A stretch of 63,466 nt of DNA, the filler included, from Sphingomonadaceae bacterium (lineage in GTDB: Bacteria > Chloroflexota > UBA6077), in assembly GCA_050261575.1 (NCBI GenBank). It is 4 parts of 4 records of this genome, joined end to end, with 100 filler letters (N's around TTAATTAATTAA, not from the genome) between each part and the next. Parts side by side here need not be neighbours in the genome. Positions count along the whole stretch, not along the records: positions 30,367 to 43,354 come from JBLNDL010000022.1; positions 43,455 to 58,568 come from JBLNDL010000025.1; 2 more parts are not named here. One strand, written 5' to 3'. Numbering within the stretch: the first letter of the stretch is position 1; each line of letters begins with the position of its first letter. Under the pieces are notes generated by a model, which was not told the origin of the DNA, did not search any database, and saw nothing but the letters and a program-made list of their open reading frames with translations. The translations under genes and the position numbers were made by a program. Positions 38,584-48,743 of the stretch are shown one piece after another.

Positions 38584-38778
38584 CTAGGACACGGGGCAGT
38601 GGGAGCATCCCCCGGCGCAACCCACGGCGGGCAGGGCTCCCCAGCAGCGTGGGCACCGGCCTAGCATGGGGTCGGAAACGATGTAGCCGCATCGGTCACA
38701 TCGGCGTAAGCCACAGCTATGGCCAGGGGCCTCGCTGGTCGCTCGGGATCTTTCTTGGGCCTTCTCGGTCGGTTTCAT
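38584..38778 (-). CDS. Small Cys-rich protein downstream of feoB
   Basis: ATG 38778 with AAGAGG RBS. 64 aa with CxxC, CxxC and CxxxCxxC. Confidence 0.55.
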   Translation of the reverse strand: MKPTEKAQERSRATSEAPGHSCGLRRCDRCGYIVSDPMLGRCPRCWGALPAVGCAGGCSHCPVS

Positions 38779-38876
38779 CAGCAGCCTCTTTCGGCACCAT
38801 CGCGGCTGGCAGCCACGCGTTTCGCCCCTTGTGGGAGCGGATTCCTGGGCGCGATGGTCTCGCGATCGCAAAACGT

Positions 38877-40766
38877 CTATATCAGCAGTTGGGACACCAC
38901 TCCACCAACGGCGAAGGCGGTCACCAGGCATCCGCCCCACACCACCGTCGCCTCCCGCCAGCCCCGCTCCTTGAACAGCATCATCACCGAGGCGATGCAG
39001 GGGACGAAGAGGGTTATGGTGACCAGCGCCACCACGGTCTGGAGGGCGGTAAGATCCATATCCAGCAGTCCGGCGGCCCCGAAGTCGCGGCGGACGAAGC
39101 CCATGACGAAGGCGGCGGCGGCCTCCTTCGGCAACTGTAGCCAGCCCTCCGTCAGCGGGATCATGACATCCTGGATCCCCTGGAGCCCGCCGGTGATCTG
39201 CAACCCGCTCAGCAGCAGCGAGCCAACGGCGAAGAGGGGTCCCGCATCGGACAGGAACATCTGCACCTTGCTGAAGGTCTTGCGAAGCACGTTGCCGGGG
39301 CGGGGCACCCGCAGGGGCGGCAGGTCGATCAGCAGCCCGGTGGACTTGCCAGGCAGCAACCGGTTCAGCAGGGTGCCCACCGCCACCAGGATCGCGACGA
39401 TGATCCCGCTGTAGAGGGCGACGAAGCCCGGCCCGAGACCGGCAAGCATCGCGGTGATGACGGCGAGTTGTGCCGAGCAGGGGATGGTGAGCCCCAGCAA
39501 GGCCACTGCGATTCGCCGCTCCCGTTGCGAGCCGAGGATCCGGGTGGTCATGGTCGCCATGGTGACGCAACCGAGGCCCAGGATCATCGGCACGATAGCC
39601 CGGCCGTTGAGGCCCAGGGCCACCAGACCCCGATCCACCAGGGTTGCCAGGCGGGGCAGGTAGCCGGAGTCCTCCATAAGCGCCAGGGCGAGGTAGAAGC
39701 CGACCACCAGGGGCAGCAGCAGCCCCAGAAGATAGGTGACGGTCATGGTGAGCAGGCCGAACTCACCGACCAGCACCACCGACAGGGGGGATTGGGACGG
39801 CAGGAGGCCCTCCACCACCCCCCGCACGAGGGGCTCGTAGATCCCCACCATCAAGGTTTCCTCTGTGAAGCCAACCACTTGCTGGGCTATCAGGTTGCCA
39901 ATCAGGTAGTAGAGGAGCGCCAGCACACCGGCCAGGATCGGTATGCCGGTGAGGGGCTGGATCATCCAGTGGCCAAGCCTCGCGGCGAAGTCCCCTTCCT
40001 CCCTGGAGTCGGTCACGGCCCGATGGACCAGGTCGTTGACTCGCTGCCGGCGCAGGAGGTAGATCTCCTCCCTGCCATCCATCGGACGCAGGCCGGAGCG
40101 AGCGGCGATCTCCTGGTCCCCCTCTGCGGCCAGCAGCAGTTGGGGTTTCGGCTCGGTGGCGCCGTACCAGGCAGCGAGTTTCGCCCACAGCGTGGGATCG
40201 ATCCTCCCGTTGCGAGCGTGGGGGATGGCGGCCTTCAGCTCCTCCATGCCGCGCCCCTCCACGGCGACGGTGGGGACGACTGGAACCCCGAGCGATTCCT
40301 CCAGTTGGCGCAGGTCGATCTTCAGTCCCTGTGCCTCGGCTTCGTCCATCATGTTGAGGGCCACGACCATGGGGAGCCCCATGTCTATCAGTTGCTGGGT
40401 CAGGAAGAGATCTCGCTCCAGGTGGACGGCATCGACGACGTTCACCACCAGGTCGGCCTCGACGATGATGTCGCGAGCCACCCGCTCCTCGTCGTTGAAG
40501 GAGGCCACACCGTAGATGCCGGGGGTATCGACGATCAGGGCATCGCCCCACCGCCCCTGAGCGACTTCGACGGTGGTGCCGGGGAAGTTGGAGACGTCGA
40601 CGTAGAGACCGGTGAGGGCGTTGAAGAAGACGGACTTACCGGTGTTGGGATTGCCCACCAGGACAATGCGGCGGGCGGTCGAGAAGGATTGACCCTGATC
40701 CCCGTGGTGGCCATGCCGGTGCCCCAGGGCGAGGCCGCCGTGGCCGTGGTGGTGATGCCCGTGCAT
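38877..40766 (-). CDS. feoB: Ferrous iron transporter FeoB with His-rich N-terminus
   Basis: GNPNTGKS, NFPGTTV, DTPG and NMMD GTPase motifs, EDSGYLPR, PCSAQ. Confidence 0.93.
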   Translation of the reverse strand: MHGHHHHGHGGLALGHRHGHHGDQGQSFSTARRIVLVGNPNTGKSVFFNALTGLYVDVSNFPGTTVEVAQGRWGDALIVDTPGIYGVASFNDEERVARDIIVEADLVVNVVDAVHLERDLFLTQQLIDMGLPMVVALNMMDEAEAQGLKIDLRQLEESLGVPVVPTVAVEGRGMEELKAAIPHARNGRIDPTLWAKLAAWYGATEPKPQLLLAAEGDQEIAARSGLRPMDGREEIYLLRRQRVNDLVHRAVTDSREEGDFAARLGHWMIQPLTGIPILAGVLALLYYLIGNLIAQQVVGFTEETLMVGIYEPLVRGVVEGLLPSQSPLSVVLVGEFGLLTMTVTYLLGLLLPLVVGFYLALALMEDSGYLPRLATLVDRGLVALGLNGRAIVPMILGLGCVTMATMTTRILGSQRERRIAVALLGLTIPCSAQLAVITAMLAGLGPGFVALYSGIIVAILVAVGTLLNRLLPGKSTGLLIDLPPLRVPRPGNVLRKTFSKVQMFLSDAGPLFAVGSLLLSGLQITGGLQGIQDVMIPLTEGWLQLPKEAAAAFVMGFVRRDFGAAGLLDMDLTALQTVVALVTITLFVPCIASVMMLFKERGWREATVVWGGCLVTAFAVGGVVSQLLI

Positions 40767-40984
40767 CAGATTGCCTCGACGCTGATGGAACGGGCGATGC
40801 TGCGGCCGATAGCGATCTCCTGTCTGCCGCGTCGGAGGACGATGGGGCCGGCGGGCAGCTTTTCGGCGCATCGGACGTCGGCGCCCTCGCCGATGCCGAA
40901 ACGGATGGCCTGGAAGCGAACCTGGGGGTCGTCGATCCTGAGTATGCGCACGTGGTCGCCACGTCTAACCATGTCCAGTGTCAT
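40766..40984 (-). CDS. feoA: FeoA
   Basis: 72-aa SH3-like protein (GIGEG, GPIVL, EIAIGR). Stop overlaps the feoB start. Confidence 0.9.
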   Translation of the reverse strand: MTLDMVRRGDHVRILRIDDPQVRFQAIRFGIGEGADVRCAEKLPAGPIVLRRGRQEIAIGRSIARSISVEAI

Positions 40985-41047
40985 CGCAGTCCCTCCTTGG
41001 GTGGAACGGGGCCCGCCGTGGGTCCCGAGTGCGTGGATCTATCGCCA

Positions 41048-41064
41048 TTGCGAACCATTTGCAA
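41048..41064. promoter_or_regulatory. Fur/Mur-like box upstream of feoA
   Basis: TTGCGAA-CCA-TTTGCAA near-palindrome. Confidence 0.6.
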
Positions 41065-41123
41065 CAGGCCGTCCGAGGAATAGGTCCCGGGAGGACCATG
41101 ACTCAGTCGTCAGTCCTCGGCCC

Positions 41124-41585
41124 TCAATACTTGTCCGGTGGCTCGGACTCTCGGCAGCTTCTGCAGAGGCCGACGAAGACCGTCTGACAGCGCTCCACGG
41201 TGAAGCCGTGGGGCTCCGCTAGCAGCGCCGTCAACTTGTCCGCCACCACGGACGACACCTCCGTGACACCCCCGCACGCCCGACACAGCAGGTGGCAGTG
41301 CCCCTGGGGGCTCTTCGACTCGTAGTGGTGGTGCTCTTCCCACAGGTGGAGTTCGTCCACCAAGTCGAGTTCCTTCAGGAGGCCCAGGGTGCGGTAGACA
41401 GTGGAGAGGCTGATCCGCTCTCCGCGCTCCCGTGCGCGGCGATGGATCTCCTCGGCATCCAGGTGCTCGTCCGCATCCTGGATGATCTCCAGCAGGGCAG
41501 CGCGCTGAGGGGTCATCCTGCGCCCCGTGGTGCTGATTGCCCTGCGCGCCGACGCGCTCAGGGGTCCACCCGACTCCGTCGTCAT
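41124..41585 (-). CDS. fur: Fur family transcriptional regulator
   Basis: RMTPQR, HLDAEEI, STVYRTL, HCHLLCRACG and C-terminal CxxC. Confidence 0.88.
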   Translation of the reverse strand: MTTESGGPLSASARRAISTTGRRMTPQRAALLEIIQDADEHLDAEEIHRRARERGERISLSTVYRTLGLLKELDLVDELHLWEEHHHYESKSPQGHCHLLCRACGGVTEVSSVVADKLTALLAEPHGFTVERCQTVFVGLCRSCRESEPPDKY

Positions 41586-41598
41586 CCATCGCCCCTTA

Positions 41599-41615
41599 TT
41601 GCGAAAGATTTGCAG
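41599..41615. promoter_or_regulatory. Fur/Mur-like box upstream of fur
   Basis: TTGCGAA-AGA-TTTGCAG, matching the feoA box. Confidence 0.6.
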
Positions 41616-41631
41616 TTGCAATTGTACTCCC

Positions 41632-42147
41632 CTACACGGCGCTGTCAAGTCCCGCCCCGAGCAGATATCTCCGGCCCCAGTACACCTTCCCCACTGGGGG
41701 CGTTGGCACGAACTGGAGATGCCTGCTCAGCGGCTCCACCGAATCGATCTTCCATAGCCCTCTCTCCTTCGCCAGAGGGAAGCTCATCCCCTCCTCCGTG
41801 CGGTCCCCCATCACCACCCTCACATCCACCGTGGCGGCGGCCCCCTCCGCTCGCGTCCCCACTATCCGAACCATCGAGATCCCACCCCGGCTCCTCTCCA
41901 GAGAGATAACCAGCGCCCGAAGCTGCTCCTCCGTCACCCGCGCCCTCGCCCCCTCGCTCAGTTGATCCCGGGCCGTACCGTAGCGGTGGGCCTTCAGCGC
42001 CCCCAGGAACTGCTTCACCGTCGTCTCCGGCGAGGGAACCAGGTATCCGCCCCTTCCAGTGGTGACCAGCGCCGTCAGGACGGCCATCGTCGCGGCGAAG
42101 ATGGCGACCACGGCGAAGAGCCCGCTCAAGGCTCGCAGGTCGCTCAC
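41632..42147 (-). CDS. Membrane-anchored hypothetical protein (NTF2/DUF4878-like)
   Basis: N-terminal TM, SPETTVKQFL..L motif and GLWKID. Confidence 0.55.
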   Translation of the reverse strand: MSDLRALSGLFAVVAIFAATMAVLTALVTTGRGGYLVPSPETTVKQFLGALKAHRYGTARDQLSEGARARVTEEQLRALVISLERSRGGISMVRIVGTRAEGAAATVDVRVVMGDRTEEGMSFPLAKERGLWKIDSVEPLSRHLQFVPTPPVGKVYWGRRYLLGAGLDSAV

Positions 42148-42647
42148 CGCATCGCCCTTCGCACACGGGGGAGGTCCCTCTTCTCCGCGGGCTTCGCCTC
42201 ATCCCGACTGAGCACGCTCAGATCGCCGCTGGGCTCCAGCATCGCCTCCCGGACCGCCTCGAGCCGCTCCACGCCCCGCAGCCGAAGCTGCGACCGAACC
42301 GTATCCACACCCATCCGCTCCCTGCGCAGCCCCTCCTCGACGATGCTTCTCTCGCGCACGATCGGGGTCGGCCCGGAGCCGAACAGGCGCCACAGCCGCC
42401 CGCTCTTGAAGCTGGCGTAGGAGACCAGGATGTGCAGCAGGAGAACGGTCGTCATCCCGGTGATGGCCTTGGTCAGCGGGGTCTCACCCCACAGGACGTC
42501 GTCGAACATGTCGCTGAGGATCAGGACGACGAGGAAATCCCACGGCTCCAGATCCCCCAGGGTACGCTTGCCGGCGAACCTCAGCGTGGCCAGGACGTAG
42601 AGGTAGATGACCGAAGCCCTCACAGCGATCCCAGCCAGCTCCTCCAT
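42144..42647 (-). CDS. DUF421 (YetF) family protein
   Basis: R.AGKR.LG.L...DF, LRLRG and LEPSGDLSV motifs. Confidence 0.85.
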   Translation of the reverse strand: MEELAGIAVRASVIYLYVLATLRFAGKRTLGDLEPWDFLVVLILSDMFDDVLWGETPLTKAITGMTTVLLLHILVSYASFKSGRLWRLFGSGPTPIVRERSIVEEGLRRERMGVDTVRSQLRLRGVERLEAVREAMLEPSGDLSVLSRDEAKPAEKRDLPRVRRAMR

Positions 42648-42658
42648 CCAGCCCTTCC

Positions 42659-43168
42659 TCAGCCACCTTGGTCGCCCGACATCTCCAGGTCACCCTTCTG
42701 GACCGGCTCCGCCCACCTCTCCTTGATCACGCTCACCTGGCCGTTCGGCTCCAGGGTCGCCCGCTTCACCTCCGCCAGATCGTCGAGCCCCCGTAGCCTC
42801 AGGGCCGACCACAACTCCTCCTCGTTCATCCTCTCCCACTGCATCCCCTCCCAGTTGAGCCGGCCGTGTTCCACCAGCACCGTCGGCTGGGAGCCGGTGA
42901 GCCTATCGATCAACGGACTCTTGAAGCTGCCCCAGGAATTGGCCAGCTCCCAGACCGCCACCGTGCCGATTGCGACCGCACCCTGGGCGATGGTGACGTC
43001 GCCGAAGATGATCTCGTCCGCCACCTCGCCCAGCATGAACGCCACGATGAGATCGAAGGCGGTGATGTTCCCCACCTCACGCTTGCCCAGGGTGCGGACC
43101 ACGAACAGGAGCAGGAAGTACAGGAAGCTGGCTCGCGCCGCCGTAAGCAGAAGATCGGCCGGATCCAT
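42659..43168 (-). CDS. DUF421 (YetF) family protein, tandem paralogue
   Basis: GKREVGNITAFDL and LEPNGQVSV motifs. Confidence 0.85.
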   Translation of the reverse strand: MDPADLLLTAARASFLYFLLLFVVRTLGKREVGNITAFDLIVAFMLGEVADEIIFGDVTIAQGAVAIGTVAVWELANSWGSFKSPLIDRLTGSQPTVLVEHGRLNWEGMQWERMNEEELWSALRLRGLDDLAEVKRATLEPNGQVSVIKERWAEPVQKGDLEMSGDQGG

Positions 43169-43354
43169 CGAAGCCCCCTTCAGTCGATGCAAAGCGCCGA
43201 GGGGTCGCCCTCGGCTTGATCTTGGAAGGGGAGAAGGGCAACCTCTGTACCCTGTGGAGCGAAAGAAGGCGGGATTCGTGGCCCCCGGCGACACGGGGCG
43301 GGGGGGGGGGGGGGCGCCGCGGGACGCGGGGGGTGGGGGGACCCCCGGGCGGCG

Positions 43355-43454
43355 NNNNNNNNNNNNNNNNNNNNNNNNNNNNNNNNNNNNNNNNNNNNTT
43401 AATTAATTAANNNNNNNNNNNNNNNNNNNNNNNNNNNNNNNNNNNNNNNNNNNN
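43355..43454. other. Artificial contig-join linker
   Basis: N-run, TTAATTAATTAA, N-run. Confidence 0.95.
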
Positions 43455-43566
43455 CAAGAGTCTCACCCTCGTCCAGGGTGAAGCTCACACCGCTCACCGC
43501 CTTCACCACCCCGTCCTGGGTGTGAAACTGCGTCCTGAGATCCTCTACCTCCAGCAGTCGAGCCAT
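43455..43566 (-). CDS. Oligopeptide/dipeptide ABC ATP-binding protein, N-terminal fragment (truncated by contig end)
   Basis: MARLLEVEDLRTQFHTQDGVVKAVSGVSF. Confidence 0.75.
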
Positions 43567-43614
43567 TGATCCCCCAAAATCCTGAGAAGTCACGCGGTCC
43601 GGGTCCAGCCCCAC

Positions 43615-45186
43615 CTACCAACGCAGCTTCGGCTGCCTCGCCGCCGCGGTCTCGTCCATTCGCCCCACGACTGTGGTGGTGGGAGCGGACTTCACAACCT
43701 CGGGGTTCTCCTCGGCCTCCCTGGCTATCGCCAGGAGCGCGTCTGCGAAGGCGTCCAGCGTCTCCTTCGTCTCCGTCTCGGTCGGCTCCACCATCATCGC
43801 CTCCTCCACGATCAAAGGGAAGTAGATGGTGGGGGGATGGATCCCGAAGTCGATCAGCCGCTTGGCGATGTCGAGGGTCCGCACTCCGAGGGCCTTCTGC
43901 CGGCGGCCGGAGAGGACGAACTCGTGCATGCAGGTCCGAGGGTAGGGTACCTCGTAGGCGTGCTGCAGCCGAACGCGAAGGTAGTTGGCATTGAGAATAG
44001 CGTTTTCGCCGACTCTCCGCAATCCGTCGCTACCGAGGGCCCTGATGTAAGCGTAGGCCCTCACCAGAACCCCGAAGCTGCCGTAGAAGCTGCGGACTCG
44101 ACCGATCGTGTGGGGCACGTCGTAGCTCAGGTAGTAGGAGCCGCCACCCGCCACCGACTCTGCGCCTCTCCCTCTGGGAGAGGCCACCCGAAGGGCGGGT
44201 GAGGACGGGATGCCGGGTGCGGGGTCGCCGCTCTCACCCTGGCCCTCTCTCTCTGGGAGAAGGATTCCCCGCGTCTCCGCGTCCCCGCGCCTCCTGACCA
44301 CAGGCACCGGTAGGAAGTCCGCTAGTGTCTCCCTGGCCACCACGGGACCGGCACCCGGTCCTCCGCCACCGTGGGGCGTCGCGAAGGTCTTGTGCAGGTT
44401 GATATGCATCACGTCGAAGCCGAGATCGGCGGGCTTGGCGACACCCAAGAGGGCGTTGAGGTTGGCCCCATCGCCGTACATCAGGCCGCCGCAGCCGTGA
44501 ACGATCTCGGATATCGCCAGCATATGCTCGTCGAACAGCCCCAGCGTGTTGGGCATCGTCAGCATCAGCGCCGCCGTCTCCTCGTCGGCCAGCGCTCGCA
44601 GCGCCTCAAGGTCCACGTTGCCGCGGGCATCCGAGCGCAACGGCACCGTCTTGAAGCCGCACATCGTCGCCGTGGCGGGGTTCGTCCCGTGCGCAGAGTC
44701 GGGGATCAGCACCTTGGTGCGCTTCCTATCCCCCTTAGCCTCGAAGTAGGCCCGCACCATCAGCATGCCGGTCAGCTCGCCGTGGGCCCCAGCCGCAGGC
44801 TGGAGAGACACGGCGTGCAGGCCAGTGATCTCCCCCAGCGCCCGCTGCAGCTCGAACATCAGTTGCAGTGCCCCTTGCGATACCTCCTCCGGCTGATAGG
44901 GGTGTATCGCCGAGAAGCCAGGCAGCCGGGCCACCTCCTCCGATACCTTGGGATTGTACTTCATGGTGCACGATCCGAGGGGATAGAAGCCCGTGTCCAC
45001 ACAGTAGTTGAGGCTGGACAGGTGGACGAAGTGCCTCACCACCTCGTTCTCGGATACCTCGGGCAGGTCGAGACGATCCCGCACCAGGTCAGGCGGCAAC
45101 CCCTCCGCCGAAGGAACGTCCCCGCGCGAGACCTCGTGCCCCACCCGCCCGGGTCGGGAAATCTCGGAAAGCAGGCGCTCACTCAT
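43615..45186 (-). CDS. gcvPB: Glycine dehydrogenase subunit 2
   Basis: [12 protein letters not shown] and [18 protein letters not shown] motifs. Carries an in-frame insert. Confidence 0.95.
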   Translation of the reverse strand: MSERLLSEISRPGRVGHEVSRGDVPSAEGLPPDLVRDRLDLPEVSENEVVRHFVHLSSLNYCVDTGFYPLGSCTMKYNPKVSEEVARLPGFSAIHPYQPEEVSQGALQLMFELQRALGEITGLHAVSLQPAAGAHGELTGMLMVRAYFEAKGDRKRTKVLIPDSAHGTNPATATMCGFKTVPLRSDARGNVDLEALRALADEETAALMLTMPNTLGLFDEHMLAISEIVHGCGGLMYGDGANLNALLGVAKPADLGFDVMHINLHKTFATPHGGGGPGAGPVVARETLADFLPVPVVRRRGDAETRGILLPEREGQGESGDPAPGIPSSPALRVASPRGRGAESVAGGGSYYLSYDVPHTIGRVRSFYGSFGVLVRAYAYIRALGSDGLRRVGENAILNANYLRVRLQHAYEVPYPRTCMHEFVLSGRRQKALGVRTLDIAKRLIDFGIHPPTIYFPLIVEEAMMVEPTETETKETLDAFADALLAIAREAEENPEVVKSAPTTTVVGRMDETAAARQPKLRW

Positions 45187-46547
45187 AGCGTCCCTCCCTC
45201 GGAGCCACCGATCTCCGCCAGGGCCGAGACCAGGGCATCGATCTGGTCCTTGGTGTTGGTCTCCGTGGTACACAGCAGCATGCAGCCCTCTAGCGAGGGG
45301 CTCACGGCCGAGAGATCGTATCCGCCCACGATCTGTCGGCCCAGCAGGTGGCGATTGATCTCGGCTGGGGGACGCGGGACCTCCACCACGAACTCGTTGA
45401 AGAAGGGGCCCGTATCCAGCAACCTGTATCCCTTCAGCTTTCCGATCCGATCGGCGGCGTAATGCGTCTTGTCGTAGCACAGCTTGGCCACCTGCCGGAG
45501 TCCGCTGGGTCCGAGGAAAGCCAGATACATCGCTGCGGCGGTCGCCAGAAGCTGCTCGCTCGTGCAGATGTTGGAGGTAGCCTTCTCCCGCCGGATGTGC
45601 TGCTCCCGCGCCTGGAGCGTGAGGACGAATCCCCTCCGACCCTGGTGGTCCTTCGCCTCTCCCACCAGCCTCCCCGGCATCTGCCGCAGGTACTGCTCCT
45701 TGCAGGCTAGAAGGCCCAGGTAGGGTCCCCCGAAGGCCAGGGGCGATCCGAGCCCTTGCCCCTCGCCCACAGCGATATCCGCGCCCCACTCGGCCGGGGG
45801 CTTCAGCATCCCCAACGAGATTGGGTAGCAGGCGACGATGAACAGGGCGCCCGCCTCGTGAGTCCTCCGCCCCAACTCGGTCAGATCCCGTATTCCGCCG
45901 AAGAAGTTCGGCTGCTGCACGATGCAGCAGGCACACTCCCCGTCCAGCAGTGCCGCTGGGTCCTCCTCCACGATCCCGTCACCCTCGCGACCCACGCGGG
46001 AGGTGACCATCTCGATCCCCCGACTCCGCACGTAACCCTCGAGCACCGCTCGGTACTCCGGGTGCACGCTGCCCGACACCACCACCTTGTCCCGCCGCGT
46101 GGCGGCCACGGCCATCAACGCGGCCTCGGCGAGGGCGGTTGCGCCGTCGTACATGGAGGCGTTCGCCACATCCATCCCGGTCAGAGCGCAGATCATGCTC
46201 TGGAACTCGAACGCCGCCTGGAGAGTCCCCTGACTGATCTCGGGCTGGTATGGGGTGTAGGAGGTGTACAGCTCGCTGCGCAACAGCAACTGCGATATCG
46301 CGGATGGCACGTAGTGGTTGTAGGCGCCTGCCCCAAGGAAGTACGCGTAGTGCTGCGCGTCCGCGTTCCGCTCCGCCATCGACCGAAACTCGGCTACGAG
46401 TTCCATCTCGGTCAACGGCGCCGGCAGGTCCAGCGTCGGCCGCCGAACCTCGGCAGGAATGACCTCTAGCAGGTCGTCGACGCTCCGAACCCCAATCGCC
46501 CGCAGCATCTCCTGCGTGTCCTGCTCGGTGTTTGGCACGAAGTCCAT
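45183..46547 (-). CDS. gcvPA: Glycine dehydrogenase subunit 1
   Basis: [18 protein letters not shown] and [15 protein letters not shown] motifs. Confidence 0.95.
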   Translation of the reverse strand: MDFVPNTEQDTQEMLRAIGVRSVDDLLEVIPAEVRRPTLDLPAPLTEMELVAEFRSMAERNADAQHYAYFLGAGAYNHYVPSAISQLLLRSELYTSYTPYQPEISQGTLQAAFEFQSMICALTGMDVANASMYDGATALAEAALMAVAATRRDKVVVSGSVHPEYRAVLEGYVRSRGIEMVTSRVGREGDGIVEEDPAALLDGECACCIVQQPNFFGGIRDLTELGRRTHEAGALFIVACYPISLGMLKPPAEWGADIAVGEGQGLGSPLAFGGPYLGLLACKEQYLRQMPGRLVGEAKDHQGRRGFVLTLQAREQHIRREKATSNICTSEQLLATAAAMYLAFLGPSGLRQVAKLCYDKTHYAADRIGKLKGYRLLDTGPFFNEFVVEVPRPPAEINRHLLGRQIVGGYDLSAVSPSLEGCMLLCTTETNTKDQIDALVSALAEIGGSEGGTL

Positions 46548-46653
46548 CTGTCTACTCACCTCCATCCACACCACCAGTACCGGACCCTAGGTCCTGGGTC
46601 CAGGGAGGATCACGATTCAGAACCACTCAGTCCTAAGTCCCCGGTCCTCGCCC

Positions 46654-47034
46654 CTACCCCTCCGCGATCTCCTTCTCGTAGGCCGACGCGTCCATCAAAG
46701 CCTCGAGCTCGCTCTTGTCCTTCAGCCGAACCCGAATCATCCATCCGCCACCGTATGGGTCCTCGTTCACTTTCTCCGGTGCCTTGGCCAACTCGGTGTT
46801 CACCGCGACGACCTCGCCGCTGACGGGGGAGTAGAGATCAGACGCCGCCTTGACGGACTCCACAACACCGAAGGTCTTGAACTGCTGTACCTGCTGGCCC
46901 ACCGATGGCAGGTCGACGTACACCACGTCGCCCAACTGCTCTTGCGCGTGATCGGTGATGCCGATCACGGCCTCGTCGCCCTCGACCTTGGCCCACTCGT
47001 GCTCCTTCGAGTAGCGTAGATCCTTAGGTACCAT
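46654..47034 (-). CDS. gcvH: Glycine cleavage H protein
   Basis: HEW, LGDVVYV and ESVKAASD (lipoyl Lys) motifs. Confidence 0.95.
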   Translation of the reverse strand: MVPKDLRYSKEHEWAKVEGDEAVIGITDHAQEQLGDVVYVDLPSVGQQVQQFKTFGVVESVKAASDLYSPVSGEVVAVNTELAKAPEKVNEDPYGGGWMIRVRLKDKSELEALMDASAYEKEIAEG

Positions 47035-47046
47035 CTTCGCTCCCTC

Positions 47047-48252
47047 TCACTTCTTTCTCTTGCGGCTGTAGAAGGGTAGATCCACCAGCCGAGCCGGGTG
47101 CGCCGTGCCGCGCACAGACACCTCGACGGGAGGTCGGCTCAATGCCACCTCCGGCTCGACAAACGCCATGGCAATGCTCCGCTCCAGGGTTGGCGAGTAG
47201 CTGCCACTGGTGACCGCGCCCACCTGTGTGCCACCGACCACCACTGGTGTTCCCTGCCGAGCGATCGCCCGGTCGGTCACCTCCAGGCCGACGAGCACGC
47301 GCCGAGGCCCGCTTCTCTCCAGCTCCAGCAGCCGCTCCCTACCCACCAGCTCAGCCTTCTCCAGCTTCACGTAGCGACCCAGCCCCGCCTCGAAGGGGTT
47401 GACGTCCTCGCCAAGCTCGTGTCCGTACAGCGGCATTCCGGCCTCCAGCCGGAGCGTGTCACGAGCCCCGAGCCCGGCCAACGCCACAGCGCCGCTCGAC
47501 GCAGCCTCCGACAGCTTCTGCCACAACCTCCGCCCGGCCTCCACCGGCAGGATCACCTCGAAGCCGTCCTCCCCGGTGTACCCCGTACGGGACACGTAGC
47601 CCTCCACGCCCACGACCCGACCCTGCGCACCGTGATAGTAGCGCAACTGCCCCAACGGCAGATAGGACAGCGGCTGCAACACCTCCATCGAGGAAGGCCC
47701 CTGCACCCCAATCATCACCGTCTCTAGCGTCCGGTCCTCGATGGCAACGTCCGCGGGACCGCCCCGAGTCCGCAGTTCGTCCAGCAGCTCGCCCATCCAC
47801 CCCAGCACCTTAACCCGGTTGGAGGCGTTCACCACCAGCAGGTAGCCCTCGTCCCCCCTCTCCCTCTCGGAGGGCGTGAACGTGCCCGAGGGCACGTTCA
47901 CGGGGGTGAGAGCCGCAGACTCGCCGCCCAGCCTGTACACCAGGATGTCGTCCCGAACCCCACCCTGCCGGTTGCAGATCAGCGAGTACTGCACCTGCCC
48001 GACGGCCAGCTTCTCGACGTCGTTGCTCGTGACCGTCTGAAGGAAGCGCGTGGCATCCGGGCCCTTCACGTGCACCCGCCCCATGTGGGACAGGTCGAAG
48101 GCCCCGGCAGACTCCCTGACCATCCGGTGCTCAGCGACGATGCCGGAATACTGCACCGGCATCTCCCATCCCCCGAAACCCACCATCCTCGCTCCGGCAG
48201 CACGATGCAGGTCGTACAGCGGAGTCCTCATCAATCCACCGTCCTCGCTCAT
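47047..48252 (-). CDS. gcvT: Glycine cleavage aminomethyltransferase T
   Basis: FGGWEMPVQY, FDLSHMG, RTGYTGEDGFE and GLGARDTLRLEAG motifs. Confidence 0.95.
   Translation of the reverse strand: MSEDGGLMRTPLYDLHRAAGARMVGFGGWEMPVQYSGIVAEHRMVRESAGAFDLSHMGRVHVKGPDATRFLQTVTSNDVEKLAVGQVQYSLICNRQGGVRDDILVYRLGGESAALTPVNVPSGTFTPSERERGDEGYLLVVNASNRVKVLGWMGELLDELRTRGGPADVAIEDRTLETVMIGVQGPSSMEVLQPLSYLPLGQLRYYHGAQGRVVGVEGYVSRTGYTGEDGFEVILPVEAGRRLWQKLSEAASSGAVALAGLGARDTLRLEAGMPLYGHELGEDVNPFEAGLGRYVKLEKAELVGRERLLELERSGPRRVLVGLEVTDRAIARQGTPVVVGGTQVGAVTSGSYSPTLERSIAMAFVEPEVALSRPPVEVSVRGTAHPARLVDLPFYSRKRKK
47855..47910. repeat. In-frame palindromic element in gcvT
   Basis: Perfect IR CGTGAACGTGCCC/GGGCACGTTCACG (47875-47902) flanked by CCCCTCTCCC and GGGGTGAG. 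Confidence 0.8.
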
Positions 48253-48743
48253 AGGTCGTACACCACCGCCACTTCGTCGCACTCGGGGAACTTGGGACAG
48301 CGAATGCACTCGCCCCAAACCTTCCGAGGCAGTTCGTTCATGTCGATTCGGACGAAGCCGAGGCTCTCGAAGAAGGGAGCCTCCCGGGTCAGCGCGTACA
48401 CCCTCGTCAGCTCCATCTCCCTGGCCTCCGCGATGCAGGCCGTCACCAGCGCACTCCCCAATCCCCGCCGCTGATAGCGCTTGTCCACTGCCAGCGAACG
48501 GACCTCGGCAAGGTCGGCCCAGTTCACGTGCAGGGCGCAGCAGGCCACCAGCCCGCCGTCGGCCTCCATCACCCAGAAGTCCCGCAGGTTCTCGTACAGC
48601 TCACTCAGTGGACGCGGCAGCATGACCCCGGACTCCGCGTGCTCGTTGATCAACCGATGCATCGCCGGAACGTCGCCGATCCGCGCTTTGCGACTCGTGT
48701 GCGCTCCTCTCAACTCCTCCAGCGCTATCCCCGTCTCTTCCAT
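48249..48743 (-). CDS. argA: Short GNAT N-acetylglutamate synthase
   Basis: MLPRPLSELYENLRDF, LAEVRSLAV and LPRKVWGEC..C.....CDE motifs. Confidence 0.85.
   Translation of the reverse strand: MEETGIALEELRGAHTSRKARIGDVPAMHRLINEHAESGVMLPRPLSELYENLRDFWVMEADGGLVACCALHVNWADLAEVRSLAVDKRYQRRGLGSALVTACIAEAREMELTRVYALTREAPFFESLGFVRIDMNELPRKVWGECIRCPKFPECDEVAVVYDL

Noticed and set aside
43290..43354. G/C homopolymer-rich tracts at contig ends (also near 30367, 58669 and 1177-1192) as G-quadruplex or phase-variation sites
   Set aside because: Mostly adjacent to assembly breaks and likely low-quality sequence. Cannot be supported.
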